The notes beneath the pieces are model-generated. The model ran no database searches, was not told the origin of the DNA, and saw only the letters and a list, made by a program, of their open reading frames with translations. 42,236 bases of DNA, from positions 1 to 42,236 of the IMG/VR virus record IMGVR_UViG_3300014201_000005, one strand, 5' to 3'. A program made the translations under genes and the position numbers. Positions 33,940 to 42,236 of the stretch are shown in pieces (position 1 is the stretch's first letter; each line of letters begins with the position of its first letter). The DNA comes from a virus.

Positions 33940-36900
33940 ATGCCTAATTCAACTATTACAGATTTACCTACAGGGTCGCCTTCGTTAACTGACAATTTAG
34001 TTTTTGATACAGTTGGTGGTGGTGAAACTGAAACTTGCACAAGGTTAGTAGATATATCATTTACACAAAACCAATTAGAAACACAAAATATTGTTGGTAC
34101 TGATTTATCGCCGCTGGGTTTAATTGTTGTATCGCCTGCCAATACGCAAACGGGGGTATCATACACTTATGCAGATTCAGACGATGGCACAACAATAATA
34201 AGAAATAATATATCTTTTAGTCCGATGACAGATACTTTGCCAGATGGCTCAACGTTCTATCTCGGGTATTTTATTGTTGTACAAAATATAGCTATTTTAA
34301 ATACATTAACGATTAATTGTCCTACCGCATTAATTAATAATTCATCATCATTAGTAATAAATGCGGGTGATGCAGCTCGAATTGCGTGTGATGGTACAAA
34401 TTATTGGGCACAAGTTTGGACGTCTTCTGCTGATATTCCTAGTCCTAGCGCAACTATTATTGATCTTGATGACTCTTATCAAATTGCATCGCCTGTTGTG
34501 CCTTATTCTGGCACAAGTATTTCATATACAGATGACTTGCGCGGTCTAACAGCAACGCGCACTAATTCTGGCACAGCAATGATAGATACATTACCGCAGG
34601 CTGGTGGTGCAAGTGAGTTTATTGATGGTTGGGAAGTATATGTGCAAAATATTGATGCGAGTGCAAACCTAACAATTACACCAACTATATCAACAATTAA
34701 TGGTATAGCCACTCTCGTTATTACAGCCGGGCATGCTGCGCGAATTGTTTCAGATGGCACGAATTACTGGGCGCAATTCAACCAGGCTGCAAGTAGTGGT
34801 GCAACATTAGCGGCTACTGCTGTTGGATATGGTAGTGCTACAAATACGCTAACTGGTGATGCCACAGATTTTAATTGGATTGACACAACGAGTGTATTGA
34901 CAATAAAGGGTCACACGGCACAACTTGCGCTAGGCGATCCCAATCTAAATACAATTGTCGGTGCTAATATTCCGGTAACCGCAAATGCTGCAACAGACTC
35001 GTCGCTGTTTGGGAATGCTGCAGGTGCAGCCCTAACTACTGGATCTGCAAATAACTGCGCTTATGGCTTTGATGCTTTAAACAAATATACACAGTCAAAT
35101 AATTGCGCATTCGGTGCAGGTGCAGCCGCAACACAAGTCACTGGGATTGGTACAAGCGCATTCGGGTATCACGCATTAAACGACTCTACGGTTGCAGGTG
35201 ATGCATTCGGGTTTCTAGTGCTGCAAAATAATACCACTGGTGCTAATAACGCAGGATTTGGTAATCAGACATTATCGACTAACACTACCGGCGTAGCTAA
35301 TTCTGGGTTCGGCTATCAATCATTGTTTGGCAATTTATCCGGTGGGAGTAATTCTGCATTCGGTTATTTGTCAGTAAATAATAATTCAAGCGCGAGCAAC
35401 CTCTCTGGTTTTGGTGCTAATACGCTAAAAGTAGCGACGTCGGGTCCAAACGATGCGTTTGGTAGTGGTGCTCTCGCAAGTGTTGTGTCTGGCACAAACA
35501 ATTGTGCTTTTGGTACTTCAGCACTAGCTGCTAATACTGCTGCGGCAAACAATGCATTCGGCTATGCCGCTCTGGCGAGCAATACCAGCGGTACTGGAAA
35601 TTCTGCCTTTGGTTATCAATCTGGTATGGCAAATACGACTGGTATTCAAAACGTATTCGTGGGCTATAACAGTGGTGCGGCCAATATAGCGTCTTCCAAC
35701 AATACATTTATTGGCTATGCAGCCGGCCTCGTTAATAGTTCTGGTGCTAACAATACTTTCATTGGTTTTCAAACTGGACTTGCCAATGTATCTGGAAGCG
35801 ATAATGTGTTTATCGGTTACGAAGCAGGGCGTGCCAATACTGCATCTAGTAACATATTTATCGGTAACAGTGCAGGCTTAAACAACGTTTCTGGAATCCA
35901 GAACGTATTTGTAGGCGATTCTGCCGGATTAACCAATACTGCTTCTAGCAACACGTTCCTTGGTTTTGAAGCTGGCGAGCTTAACTCATCGGGCGCTAAC
36001 AACACCTTTATAGGCTCACAAAGCGGCACGGCGAATACCACCGGAGCATCTAACTTATTTGCAGGCTCTCTGAGTGGTTATACCAATGGTGCTGGATCAT
36101 CCAACGTTTATTTAGGGGAAGCATCCGGTCAGTTAGGAACATCGGGAAGCTCTAATACTTACGTAGGACAGGGAAGCGGCACAACCAACGTTATCGGATC
36201 GCATAACTGCGCTTTTGGTACGGGCGCATTAGCTGCTAACACTGTCACTGGGCTTTCTGCGTTTGGTTATCAGGCGCTAACAGCCAATACCACGGGAACA
36301 GGCAACGTAGCGTTTGGCTCGACCGCATTAGCGTCCAATACCTCCGGTACAAATAACGTTGCAATAGGTAATCAGGCACTACAATCAGCGGTCACGCTTA
36401 GCTTTAATACGGCTTGCGGCGCTGCTGCGTTGCTGACCAACACTTCAGAAACCGGAAGTACGGCCGTTGGATATCACGCCTTAACGTTATCTAATTCTGG
36501 GCAGACAAACGATGCTTTCGGTTATTTAGCGCTAGCGTCAAACACCTCTGGCTATAGCAACGTTGCGGTTGGCTATAGTGCGGGATCGGCAAACACTACA
36601 GGTGTAACAAACGTATTTGTCGGTACGCAAGCAGGTTCAAGCAATATAGCGGGCAATTCAAATACTTTTGTAGGTTATTTTGCGGGGCAGGCAAATACTG
36701 CAAACAACAATACTTTTATTGGCTATAACGCAGGGTCAGTGAATGTTGGCGGATCACAAAACGTATTTATAGGTTCTGCTGCGGGAAGTTCTAATGTTAC
36801 TGGTAGCTCTTGTACATTTGTGGGATATGAAGCAGGGCAAGCGAATACCTCGGGTGCTAGCAATTCTGCATTTGGTAGCAGTGCAGGTGTCGCTATTACG

Positions 36901-38127
36901 ACGGGTTCTGCGAATACTGCATTCGGTTATCAAGCATTAAATCATAATTCAACCGCGAGCAACCTCTCTGCTTTTGGGGCTAATGCACTACAATTAGCAA
37001 CAGCGCCAAACGATGCGTTTGGTAGTGGTGCTCTTGCAAGTGTGGTGTCCGGCACAAGCAATTGTGCCTTTGGTACGGCGGCTCTTACAGCATGTACGGG
37101 ATCGTTAAATACAGCCGTTGGATATCAAGCAGGACTTGGTGTCACGTCCGGCGCTGGAAATACTTTTGTTGGAGCAAGTTGCGGTGGGGCTGTCACTATC
37201 CAGGCTGGCAACACTTTCATGGGCTACGGTGCTGGTAATAATGTTACGTCTCCGAACAATACCATTATTGGCTATGAAGCTGGCTATAGCGCCACTTCAA
37301 ATGGTTTAAATACATATCTAGGTTCGAATGCTGGTTACTTTATAACTTCCGGCCAGCAAAATGTTTGTTTAGGTTATAGTGCAGCATCCGGATCACTATC
37401 GAATATATCTAGCGGAATGGTAGTTATAGGTTATGAAGCTGCCAGTGCTGTTAACTCTGGTGGCAGTTTAGTCGCTATAGGTTTTCAAGCGGCTCAAAAT
37501 TATACGGGTTCTAACGGTACATATGTCGGTTATCAAGCAGGTCAAAACGATGCGACCGCGAGCAATACATATATTGGTAAATCTTCAGGTGGGGGAGCCG
37601 CCCCGAGTGGTTCTGGTTTAAACACCGCGGTTGGTTATAACACTATGGTGAATTTAACCTCAGGTGCATTTAACTCGGCATTAGGCGCATTAAGCGCTAG
37701 TGATTTAACGTCCGGTGTTCATAATACGATGGTCGGTTATGGGGCTGCTCAAGTGCTAACGACCTCGTCTAATGGTACATATATCGGTTATCAGTCTGGA
37801 AATGGTTTTAGCACAGGCGATGATAATAACGTTTGTATAGGTGCTAGTTCCGGTTTTAATCTAACTGCTGGCGGCAACAACGTCATCATTGGCTATGAAG
37901 CAGGAGCCGCAAGCGCATCCTCGTCATTCGATAACTGCATTATTATTGGTTCGGAAGCGCAAGCGACGGCCAGCAGTCAATTAGTTTTAGCCAGCTCGAC
38001 ATTTCCATTAAATACAGCAACAAGCGCGACGGCGGGTACCAATGGAGCATTACCTCTACAGGTCGCTTTATATTTAGATATTGTGCTAAATGGCACAGCT
38101 TATAAGATCCCTTTATACAATCCATAA
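33940..38127 (+). CDS. Giant tail fibre/adhesin (1395 aa): two N-terminal ~85-aa modules plus about 1000 aa of YadA-head-like repeats
   Basis: The motif N-[TNS]-x-[FVI]-G-[YFS]-x-[AS]-[GL] recurs every 14-15 aa from about aa 340 to 1330. The C-terminus is YLDIVLNGTAYKIPLYNP. Confidence 0.75.
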   Translation: MPNSTITDLPTGSPSLTDNLVFDTVGGGETETCTRLVDISFTQNQLETQNIVGTDLSPLGLIVVSPANTQTGVSYTYADSDDGTTIIRNNISFSPMTDTLPDGSTFYLGYFIVVQNIAILNTLTINCPTALINNSSSLVINAGDAARIACDGTNYWAQVWTSSADIPSPSATIIDLDDSYQIASPVVPYSGTSISYTDDLRGLTATRTNSGTAMIDTLPQAGGASEFIDGWEVYVQNIDASANLTITPTISTINGIATLVITAGHAARIVSDGTNYWAQFNQAASSGATLAATAVGYGSATNTLTGDATDFNWIDTTSVLTIKGHTAQLALGDPNLNTIVGANIPVTANAATDSSLFGNAAGAALTTGSANNCAYGFDALNKYTQSNNCAFGAGAAATQVTGIGTSAFGYHALNDSTVAGDAFGFLVLQNNTTGANNAGFGNQTLSTNTTGVANSGFGYQSLFGNLSGGSNSAFGYLSVNNNSSASNLSGFGANTLKVATSGPNDAFGSGALASVVSGTNNCAFGTSALAANTAAANNAFGYAALASNTSGTGNSAFGYQSGMANTTGIQNVFVGYNSGAANIASSNNTFIGYAAGLVNSSGANNTFIGFQTGLANVSGSDNVFIGYEAGRANTASSNIFIGNSAGLNNVSGIQNVFVGDSAGLTNTASSNTFLGFEAGELNSSGANNTFIGSQSGTANTTGASNLFAGSLSGYTNGAGSSNVYLGEASGQLGTSGSSNTYVGQGSGTTNVIGSHNCAFGTGALAANTVTGLSAFGYQALTANTTGTGNVAFGSTALASNTSGTNNVAIGNQALQSAVTLSFNTACGAAALLTNTSETGSTAVGYHALTLSNSGQTNDAFGYLALASNTSGYSNVAVGYSAGSANTTGVTNVFVGTQAGSSNIAGNSNTFVGYFAGQANTANNNTFIGYNAGSVNVGGSQNVFIGSAAGSSNVTGSSCTFVGYEAGQANTSGASNSAFGSSAGVAITTGSANTAFGYQALNHNSTASNLSAFGANALQLATAPNDAFGSGALASVVSGTSNCAFGTAALTACTGSLNTAVGYQAGLGVTSGAGNTFVGASCGGAVTIQAGNTFMGYGAGNNVTSPNNTIIGYEAGYSATSNGLNTYLGSNAGYFITSGQQNVCLGYSAASGSLSNISSGMVVIGYEAASAVNSGGSLVAIGFQAAQNYTGSNGTYVGYQAGQNDATASNTYIGKSSGGGAAPSGSGLNTAVGYNTMVNLTSGAFNSALGALSASDLTSGVHNTMVGYGAAQVLTTSSNGTYIGYQSGNGFSTGDDNNVCIGASSGFNLTAGGNNVIIGYEAGAASASSSFDNCIIIGSEAQATASSQLVLASSTFPLNTATSATAGTNGALPLQVALYLDIVLNGTAYKIPLYNP
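35351..35516 (+). repeat. Intragenic direct repeat, copy 1
   Basis: About 165 nt, close to identical to 36914..37076 apart from scattered substitutions and one 3-nt indel. Confidence 0.8.
36914..37076 (+). repeat. Intragenic direct repeat, copy 2
   Basis: Matches 35351..35516. The copies are about 1.56 kb apart and in the same frame. Confidence 0.8.
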
Positions 38128-38145
38128 CATGTAGGAGTATGAAAA

Positions 38146-38850
38146 ATGTCACAAGGCAATGCAACAGCAGTTTCAAACGCAATACGACCATGCTTGTTAC
38201 CTATCATGGCGTTGGTCGGCACATCATATAATTATGCACAACAAACCAGTGCGACTTTTCATTTAGGCACTGATTACATTGGGCAACAGTTCAATCGTTC
38301 GAATGGTGGTGTTGCGATGACAGACTCATTGCCTGCCCCTGCTGTGACGTTTGGCGATCAGGCAGCGTTACCCAATGGCTGGAATATCTACGTTAATAAC
38401 ATAGACGCAACTGCCGCTATTACCTTAACGCCTGCATCACCTACTACTATTAATGGTGTTGCTACGTTAGTGATTCCGGCTGGCTCATCCGTGTTTATTA
38501 GCACCGATGGCAATAACTATTTTTCAAGATCAGCATCCCAAGTAGGTGGTACGGCTATAGCCCCTGTAACAGCTGTAACAGGCTCACCTATTGCGCTTGG
38601 CACTTATGCAAGTGGTTCTATTATTGAGCGTTCAAATAGCACTACTGCTATGTCTGACACATTGCCAAACGCTAATACATTACCCAATGGTTGGTGGATT
38701 GAAGTTTTTAATATAGATGCTAGCGCAAGTGATACTATTACGCCTGCAACATCAACGATTAACGGCGCATCAACACTGGTTATTGCCTCTGGTAAATCGT
38801 CAATAATTCGCGGCGATGGCACTAATTACAGAGCAACCACCCCTAACTAA
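38146..38850 (+). CDS. Tail protein made of two copies of the ~85-aa DTLP/NIDASA module
   Basis: RSNGGVAMTDSLP..NGWNIYVNNIDATAAITLTP..TINGVATLVIPAG..DGNNY, with a second copy at aa 155-230. Confidence 0.6.
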   Translation: MSQGNATAVSNAIRPCLLPIMALVGTSYNYAQQTSATFHLGTDYIGQQFNRSNGGVAMTDSLPAPAVTFGDQAALPNGWNIYVNNIDATAAITLTPASPTTINGVATLVIPAGSSVFISTDGNNYFSRSASQVGGTAIAPVTAVTGSPIALGTYASGSIIERSNSTTAMSDTLPNANTLPNGWWIEVFNIDASASDTITPATSTINGASTLVIASGKSSIIRGDGTNYRATTPN

Positions 38851-38884
38851 TATTTTACTATTTCTACAATTGGAGATTATACAG

Positions 38885-39268
38885 ATGACTATTTACAATA
38901 CTGGCGCACAATCCTATCAACCTTTGTATCAATACAAGTGGCGTCCGGCAACTAATGTTGTTGGCACTAATGTCGTTTATAATTATCAAAATGGCGGCCA
39001 ACTTATTAATCGTTCTAATGCAACCGTAGCAATGGCCGATACTTTGCCAGCGCTAATTAGCTCGGCCGATAATGAACCAGGTGCTATTTTTAATGGCTGG
39101 CTTATGGATATTAAGAATACTGACGCTAGTGCTTCGTTGGTTATTTCCGCCCCTGCTGGTAGCCTTATTAATGGCAGTGCGTCCATTACGTTAACCTTTG
39201 GGCAAGCAACAAGCATTTATTACGATGGTGCTCTTAATAACTACTATACCTGGTTGCCTGCTGTATAA
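38885..39268 (+). CDS. Tail protein with one copy of the ~85-aa module (127 aa)
   Basis: The GGAG SD supports the start at 38885. NRSNATVAMADTLP..NGWLMDIKNTDASASLVISAP..INGSASITL. Confidence 0.55.
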   Translation: MTIYNTGAQSYQPLYQYKWRPATNVVGTNVVYNYQNGGQLINRSNATVAMADTLPALISSADNEPGAIFNGWLMDIKNTDASASLVISAPAGSLINGSASITLTFGQATSIYYDGALNNYYTWLPAV

Positions 39269-39287
39269 CAGGTGTTCCACATAGAAC

Positions 39288-39512
39288 ATGTCTGCAAACA
39301 CGGTGAGGATGTTTATAATCTTTAGCATCCTCATGTGTATAATGGCTATTATTATATTCATCGGGATAGGTAATGTTGACGGTCAAGAGTATGGGATCGT
39401 GAGCGTAGTGGCAGGTGTACTTGTACGCGAGTTACAAACTATTATTGATTACTACTTTAAGGATTCACCAAAGAATGGCGATATCGACAGCAGCGCGGAT
39501 AGTTCTAAATGA
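39288..39512 (+). CDS. Holin (putative)
   Basis: 74 aa with TM segment(s) (FIIFSILMCIMAIIIFIGIG) and a charged C-terminus, directly upstream of the lysozyme. Confidence 0.55.
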   Translation: MSANTVRMFIIFSILMCIMAIIIFIGIGNVDGQEYGIVSVVAGVLVRELQTIIDYYFKDSPKNGDIDSSADSSK

Positions 39513-39906
39513 GCAGCTAGAACAGATGGAAGGTTATAGGCAATATATCTATAAAGACATTAAAGGCCATGACTCTATCGGTATTGGCCGTAATCTGGAT
39601 GCAAACGGAATTTCACGCGCTGAAGCATTATACCTACTAAATAATGACATTGATAATGCAGAAGAAGAACTTGCTAAAAATATATCGTTCTACAATGATT
39701 TAGACGATGTTAGAAAGATTGTATTAATTAACATGTGTTTTAATATGGGCATAGGTGATTTAATGCAGTTTAAAGCAATGTTAACTGCATTAGGTGCAGG
39801 GAATTATGCGCAAGCGGCTGACGAAATGATGAAGTCAGAATGGTCAAAACAAGTGCCGACAAGAGCCGCTACGCTAGCGCATATGATGGACACGGGAACA
39901 TATTAG
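39475..39906 (+). CDS. Endolysin, T4-type lysozyme (GH24)
   Basis: EGYRQYIYKDIKGHDSIGIGRNL parallels T4 lysozyme [23 protein letters not shown] (catalytic Glu/Asp). The start at 39475 overlaps the end of the holin gene. Confidence 0.85.
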   Translation: MAISTAARIVLNEQLEQMEGYRQYIYKDIKGHDSIGIGRNLDANGISRAEALYLLNNDIDNAEEELAKNISFYNDLDDVRKIVLINMCFNMGIGDLMQFKAMLTALGAGNYAQAADEMMKSEWSKQVPTRAATLAHMMDTGTY

Positions 39907-39932
39907 TGTACATCTCTATGTCACATGTACAC
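39906..39932. terminator. Hairpin at the convergent junction of the late and early-left operons
   Basis: GTGTACAT, an 11-nt loop, ATGTACAC. Confidence 0.4.
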
Positions 39933-40212
39933 GCTTTCTAGTATTCCGTAGACATCCTTCACGTAAACTAATTAAAAATGCCAAAGCGCTATCGTAGCTT
40001 CCCCATCCGTTTGTTGGATTAAGTTTCTCAAGCGTTTTTGCATTCTCGTGAAAATAATCAATTGCATTTCTCAAAAAGCTAGCCGCGCATTTACCCGTGC
40101 AATTATCGAGGACGTATATTCCTTCCTCGTCATCAAAAGCCAAGTGAAACATTGTTGAACAATTGTATGTGTAATTGAACCACTCATCGCCGATGCTAAT
40201 GTCGTAACTCAT
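39916..40212 (-). CDS. Hypothetical protein (98 aa), last gene of the leftward early operon
   Basis: ORF with a 4-nt overlap to the upstream gene. Confidence 0.5.
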   Translation of the reverse strand: MSYDISIGDEWFNYTYNCSTMFHLAFDDEEGIYVLDNCTGKCAASFLRNAIDYFHENAKTLEKLNPTNGWGSYDSALAFLISLREGCLRNTRKRVHVT

Positions 40213-40442
40213 GCTTTTTCCTCTTCAGGCCAATTACAACCTGGACATTTATTTGGTTTTGATATCTCACACCACGAATGACCATTACTGCAACGATAAT
40301 CTGTCATTAAAGTATTTCCATCATGATCATGATAAACGCCTTCTTTATCCCAATACGGGTCAAAGCCCATCAGTGTAGCTGTGCACCTTCCTAGACGAAC
40401 AGTGCTTTTTTTGCCTTCCTTTTTACACTCTTCGCAGATCAT
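40209..40442 (-). CDS. Zinc-ribbon protein (77 aa)
   Basis: CEEC...CSNGH...CPGC. ATGA overlap supports the start at 40442. Confidence 0.5.
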   Translation of the reverse strand: MICEECKKEGKKSTVRLGRCTATLMGFDPYWDKEGVYHDHDGNTLMTDYRCSNGHSWCEISKPNKCPGCNWPEEEKA

Positions 40443-40882
40443 GCTTTCTTCCTTGGTGATTGCATATTTCCCCAATGGGGTGACTCAGGCGCTACAAATT
40501 CATATTCGCTACTATCATCATCGTCAGTAATTGGTGGCGAGGGAGACGGCGCAACTGCCGCAGGCATAAAAAAACCATTCCATTTATGATAACCAGGGCT
40601 ATTACTCAATTGCATAACATGGCATTCATCTTCTAGTAAAAATTGTTGAAACGATTTAGATAAGATTTTGCAATTAATAAACACAGAATCAAAAAAACTT
40701 GTTTCGCGACATTTATTGCCTCTAAATTTACAGCCATAAAATACACAGTTGTATAATTCTAGTTCTGAAAAATCAAAATTCTCGAAATCAACATTAACAA
40801 ACATTTCTTTTCTGATAACAATATTGTCGATGCCGATGGCTTTATGGCGTTTAATTTGTGCAATCAGTTCGTCGAGTGTCAT
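40439..40882 (-). CDS. Pentapeptide-repeat protein
   Basis: VDFENFDFSELELYNCVFYGCKFRGNKCRETSFFDSVFINCKI shows a 5-residue periodicity of hydrophobic and F/L/C centre residues. Confidence 0.55.
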   Translation of the reverse strand: MTLDELIAQIKRHKAIGIDNIVIRKEMFVNVDFENFDFSELELYNCVFYGCKFRGNKCRETSFFDSVFINCKILSKSFQQFLLEDECHVMQLSNSPGYHKWNGFFMPAAVAPSPSPPITDDDDSSEYEFVAPESPHWGNMQSPRKKA

Positions 40883-41202
40883 GGTCGTAAATCCCTAAAA
40901 GTTGTGCCATTTATAGCAAGCGGACTTTTGGGTTCTCTGCTAATAGGTGGCGATGCTTGTAGCGGTGCACTAGCAGCAGTAACAATTCTATCTGTAGTTG
41001 AGGGTGTGCGCTCAATTCGTACATCTTCTTTATGTGGTTTATCAGTAAAAAAACAGCAAAATATTTGTTTGCACATAGTAGTTTCCTCGTCAGTATCATA
41101 AAGTGGTTCAGTTTGAGACTGTTTCCTCAATAAACTGCTCTCACTAGATTTAGTTTTATTGCGTTTAGTTTCCGCTAAATATTCGCCCATAAAACCATTC
41201 AT
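40879..41202 (-). CDS. Hypothetical protein (107 aa)
   Basis: ATGA overlaps at both ends. Confidence 0.5.
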   Translation of the reverse strand: MNGFMGEYLAETKRNKTKSSESSLLRKQSQTEPLYDTDEETTMCKQIFCCFFTDKPHKEDVRIERTPSTTDRIVTAASAPLQASPPISREPKSPLAINGTTFRDLRP

Positions 41203-41420
41203 TTTAGTAATTCCTCTTTAATTTCATTGAGCGCAGATATAACCCTATCTTGCGCTTGTAATTCCATGCCAGCATCGGCAATACCGTGTGAGTCTTTTAA
41301 TTCATGATATAAAGTTACCATGCTAAAAGTTAATTCACGGCATCGTTTTGATTTTTTGATGCGCTCATCAATAATACTGATTATCGCATCCTCTAATGCA
41401 TTCGGTTGTGTTTTTGCCAT
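41199..41420 (-). CDS. Hypothetical protein (73 aa)
   Basis: AGGAGA lies upstream of the MAKTQP start. Confidence 0.45.
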   Translation of the reverse strand: MAKTQPNALEDAIISIIDERIKKSKRCRELTFSMVTLYHELKDSHGIADAGMELQAQDRVISALNEIKEELLK

Positions 41421-41427
41421 AAGTCTC

Positions 41428-41811
41428 CTAGAAAGCAACATTAGTCATGGGGTCATTATGTTTATTTTTTTCGATAAAATCCATTTGTCCTTTAAGATTA
41501 GCCAGTTTGTCAATAAAATAACTAATCATTATTTTTTTATATTCTGTATTTTGTTCTGCAGATAATGCAGAGGCATACATTCCAACAATAAATCGTAAGA
41601 AACCAAAAAAAATCAAGTCAGCAATGATCGCATGACTTATTCCTTCAAGATCTTCCGATAGATCATCTTTTGCATGCATAATTGCATTCGCAATGCCATT
41701 TGATCGATATAACAACTTATCAAATTGTTCCTGATTCTTATAACTCTTTCCGAACTCATTACACTCTATTTCACCATGTTTAGAATAATCAATAAGAGGT
41801 TTATTGTTCAT
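41428..41811 (-). CDS. Hypothetical protein (127 aa)
   Basis: The MNNKPL start overlaps the upstream stop by 11 nt. Confidence 0.5.
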   Translation of the reverse strand: MNNKPLIDYSKHGEIECNEFGKSYKNQEQFDKLLYRSNGIANAIMHAKDDLSEDLEGISHAIIADLIFFGFLRFIVGMYASALSAEQNTEYKKIMISYFIDKLANLKGQMDFIEKNKHNDPMTNVAF

Positions 41812-42236
41812 GATCGCATCCTTTAGGTTTAAAATCGGCATAATATTCTTCACCTGCTCTTGTAAAAAGACATCCTAATCTTTTTAAAATAGACTCTTTA
41901 TAGGATAACAACATATCTTTAGGCAGGTCGTTACTGTCAATCGCGTGAACGTACAGAATCGTGCCAAAAAATAGTAGCGCAGCTATATCGCGATTTTTAA
42001 TACCTCCATTTTTTTCTAAAAATTTGTGAATTACTTTATCTATATGAGGAACAAGTTTTCGTCCATATTTAAAAAGCATATTTTTCTGCGCTTCTTCATC
42101 TGGGCTTTCCTCCATATCCTCCTCGTGAACGTTCCAAGCATTATTTTTCGCCTCTTCTGCTCTCTTTTTAGCGATAGTAACCTCTAACATATCCTTAAAT
42201 GAATTAAGCAAACCAATTAGTTCTTCTTTCCCACTC
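41801..42236 (-). CDS. Hypothetical protein, truncated at the window edge (true start wraps to 125..123)
   Basis: The ORF continues through the terminal repeat. The SD and ATG are visible only in the left copy. Confidence 0.55.
   Translation of the reverse strand, partial: SGKEELIGLLNSFKDMLEVTIAKKRAEEAKNNAWNVHEEDMEESPDEEAQKNMLFKYGRKLVPHIDKVIHKFLEKNGGIKNRDIAALLFFGTILYVHAIDSNDLPKDMLLSYKESILKRLGCLFTRAGEEYYADFKPKGCDHEQ
42114..42236. repeat. Terminal direct repeat, right copy
   Basis: Identical to 1..123. Confidence 0.95.

Noticed and set aside
30986-38127. A diversity-generating retroelement acting on the fibre genes
   Set aside because: There is no reverse transcriptase ORF, and no template/variable repeat pair with adenine-specific differences. 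The 165-nt repeat differs at mixed positions.
27239-38822. Numerous 60-130-aa antisense or off-frame ORFs inside structural genes, such as 30518..30901, 34503..34760, 35524..35772, 38604..38822 and 38986..39216
   Set aside because: They are shadows of the repetitive Gly/Ala/Asn-rich coding sequence on the opposite strand or frame. None has an SD or an independent operon context.
39907-40212. Spanin (Rz/Rz1) genes after the endolysin
   Set aside because: The next ORFs are on the opposite strand, and none shows a lipobox plus a Pro-rich or coiled-coil spanin pattern. I could not identify a spanin.

Overview
The window looks like a complete, AT-rich dsDNA phage genome of about 42.1 kb. It closes on itself: bases 1-123 are identical to 42114-42236. 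I found no integrase, CI-type repressor, DNA polymerase or RNA polymerase. Genes fall into four transcription blocks. (1) A long leftward early operon runs from a promoter near 5365-5393, wraps through the window ends, and stops at a hairpin near 39906-39932. It holds small unknown genes, a Sak4-like ATPase with a DUF669-like partner, a hexanucleotide-repeat gene, csrA, an SPFH lipoprotein and a pentapeptide-repeat protein. (2) A rightward early operon (5469-11633) holds a Cro/YdaS-like HTH protein, an iteron array, a replication protein, a VRR-NUC nuclease and an adjacent Prs-like plus NAMPT-like pair. That pair matches the published two-gene NAD+ reconstitution pathway NARP1. (3) A leftward accessory operon (about 16342 down to 11650) starts with a promoter, an operator and a leader terminator. 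It holds three tandem Y-RNA-like modules directly upstream of a Ro60 (TROVE+vWA) gene. One module has a circularly permuted tRNA-like cloverleaf. The operon also holds two tandem DUF2829/Tad2-like genes, a remnant of a third, and a secreted Cys-rich protein. (4) A rightward late operon (16413-39906) holds TerS, TerL, portal, scaffold, capsid, tail hub and ejection proteins, fibres, holin and a T4-type lysozyme, in a podovirus-like order. It is interrupted by an antisense tRNA-Tyr. My best candidate for an understudied system is the Ro60 plus triple Y-RNA module and the attenuator-controlled accessory operon around it. All family assignments come from reading motifs by eye. No database search was run.
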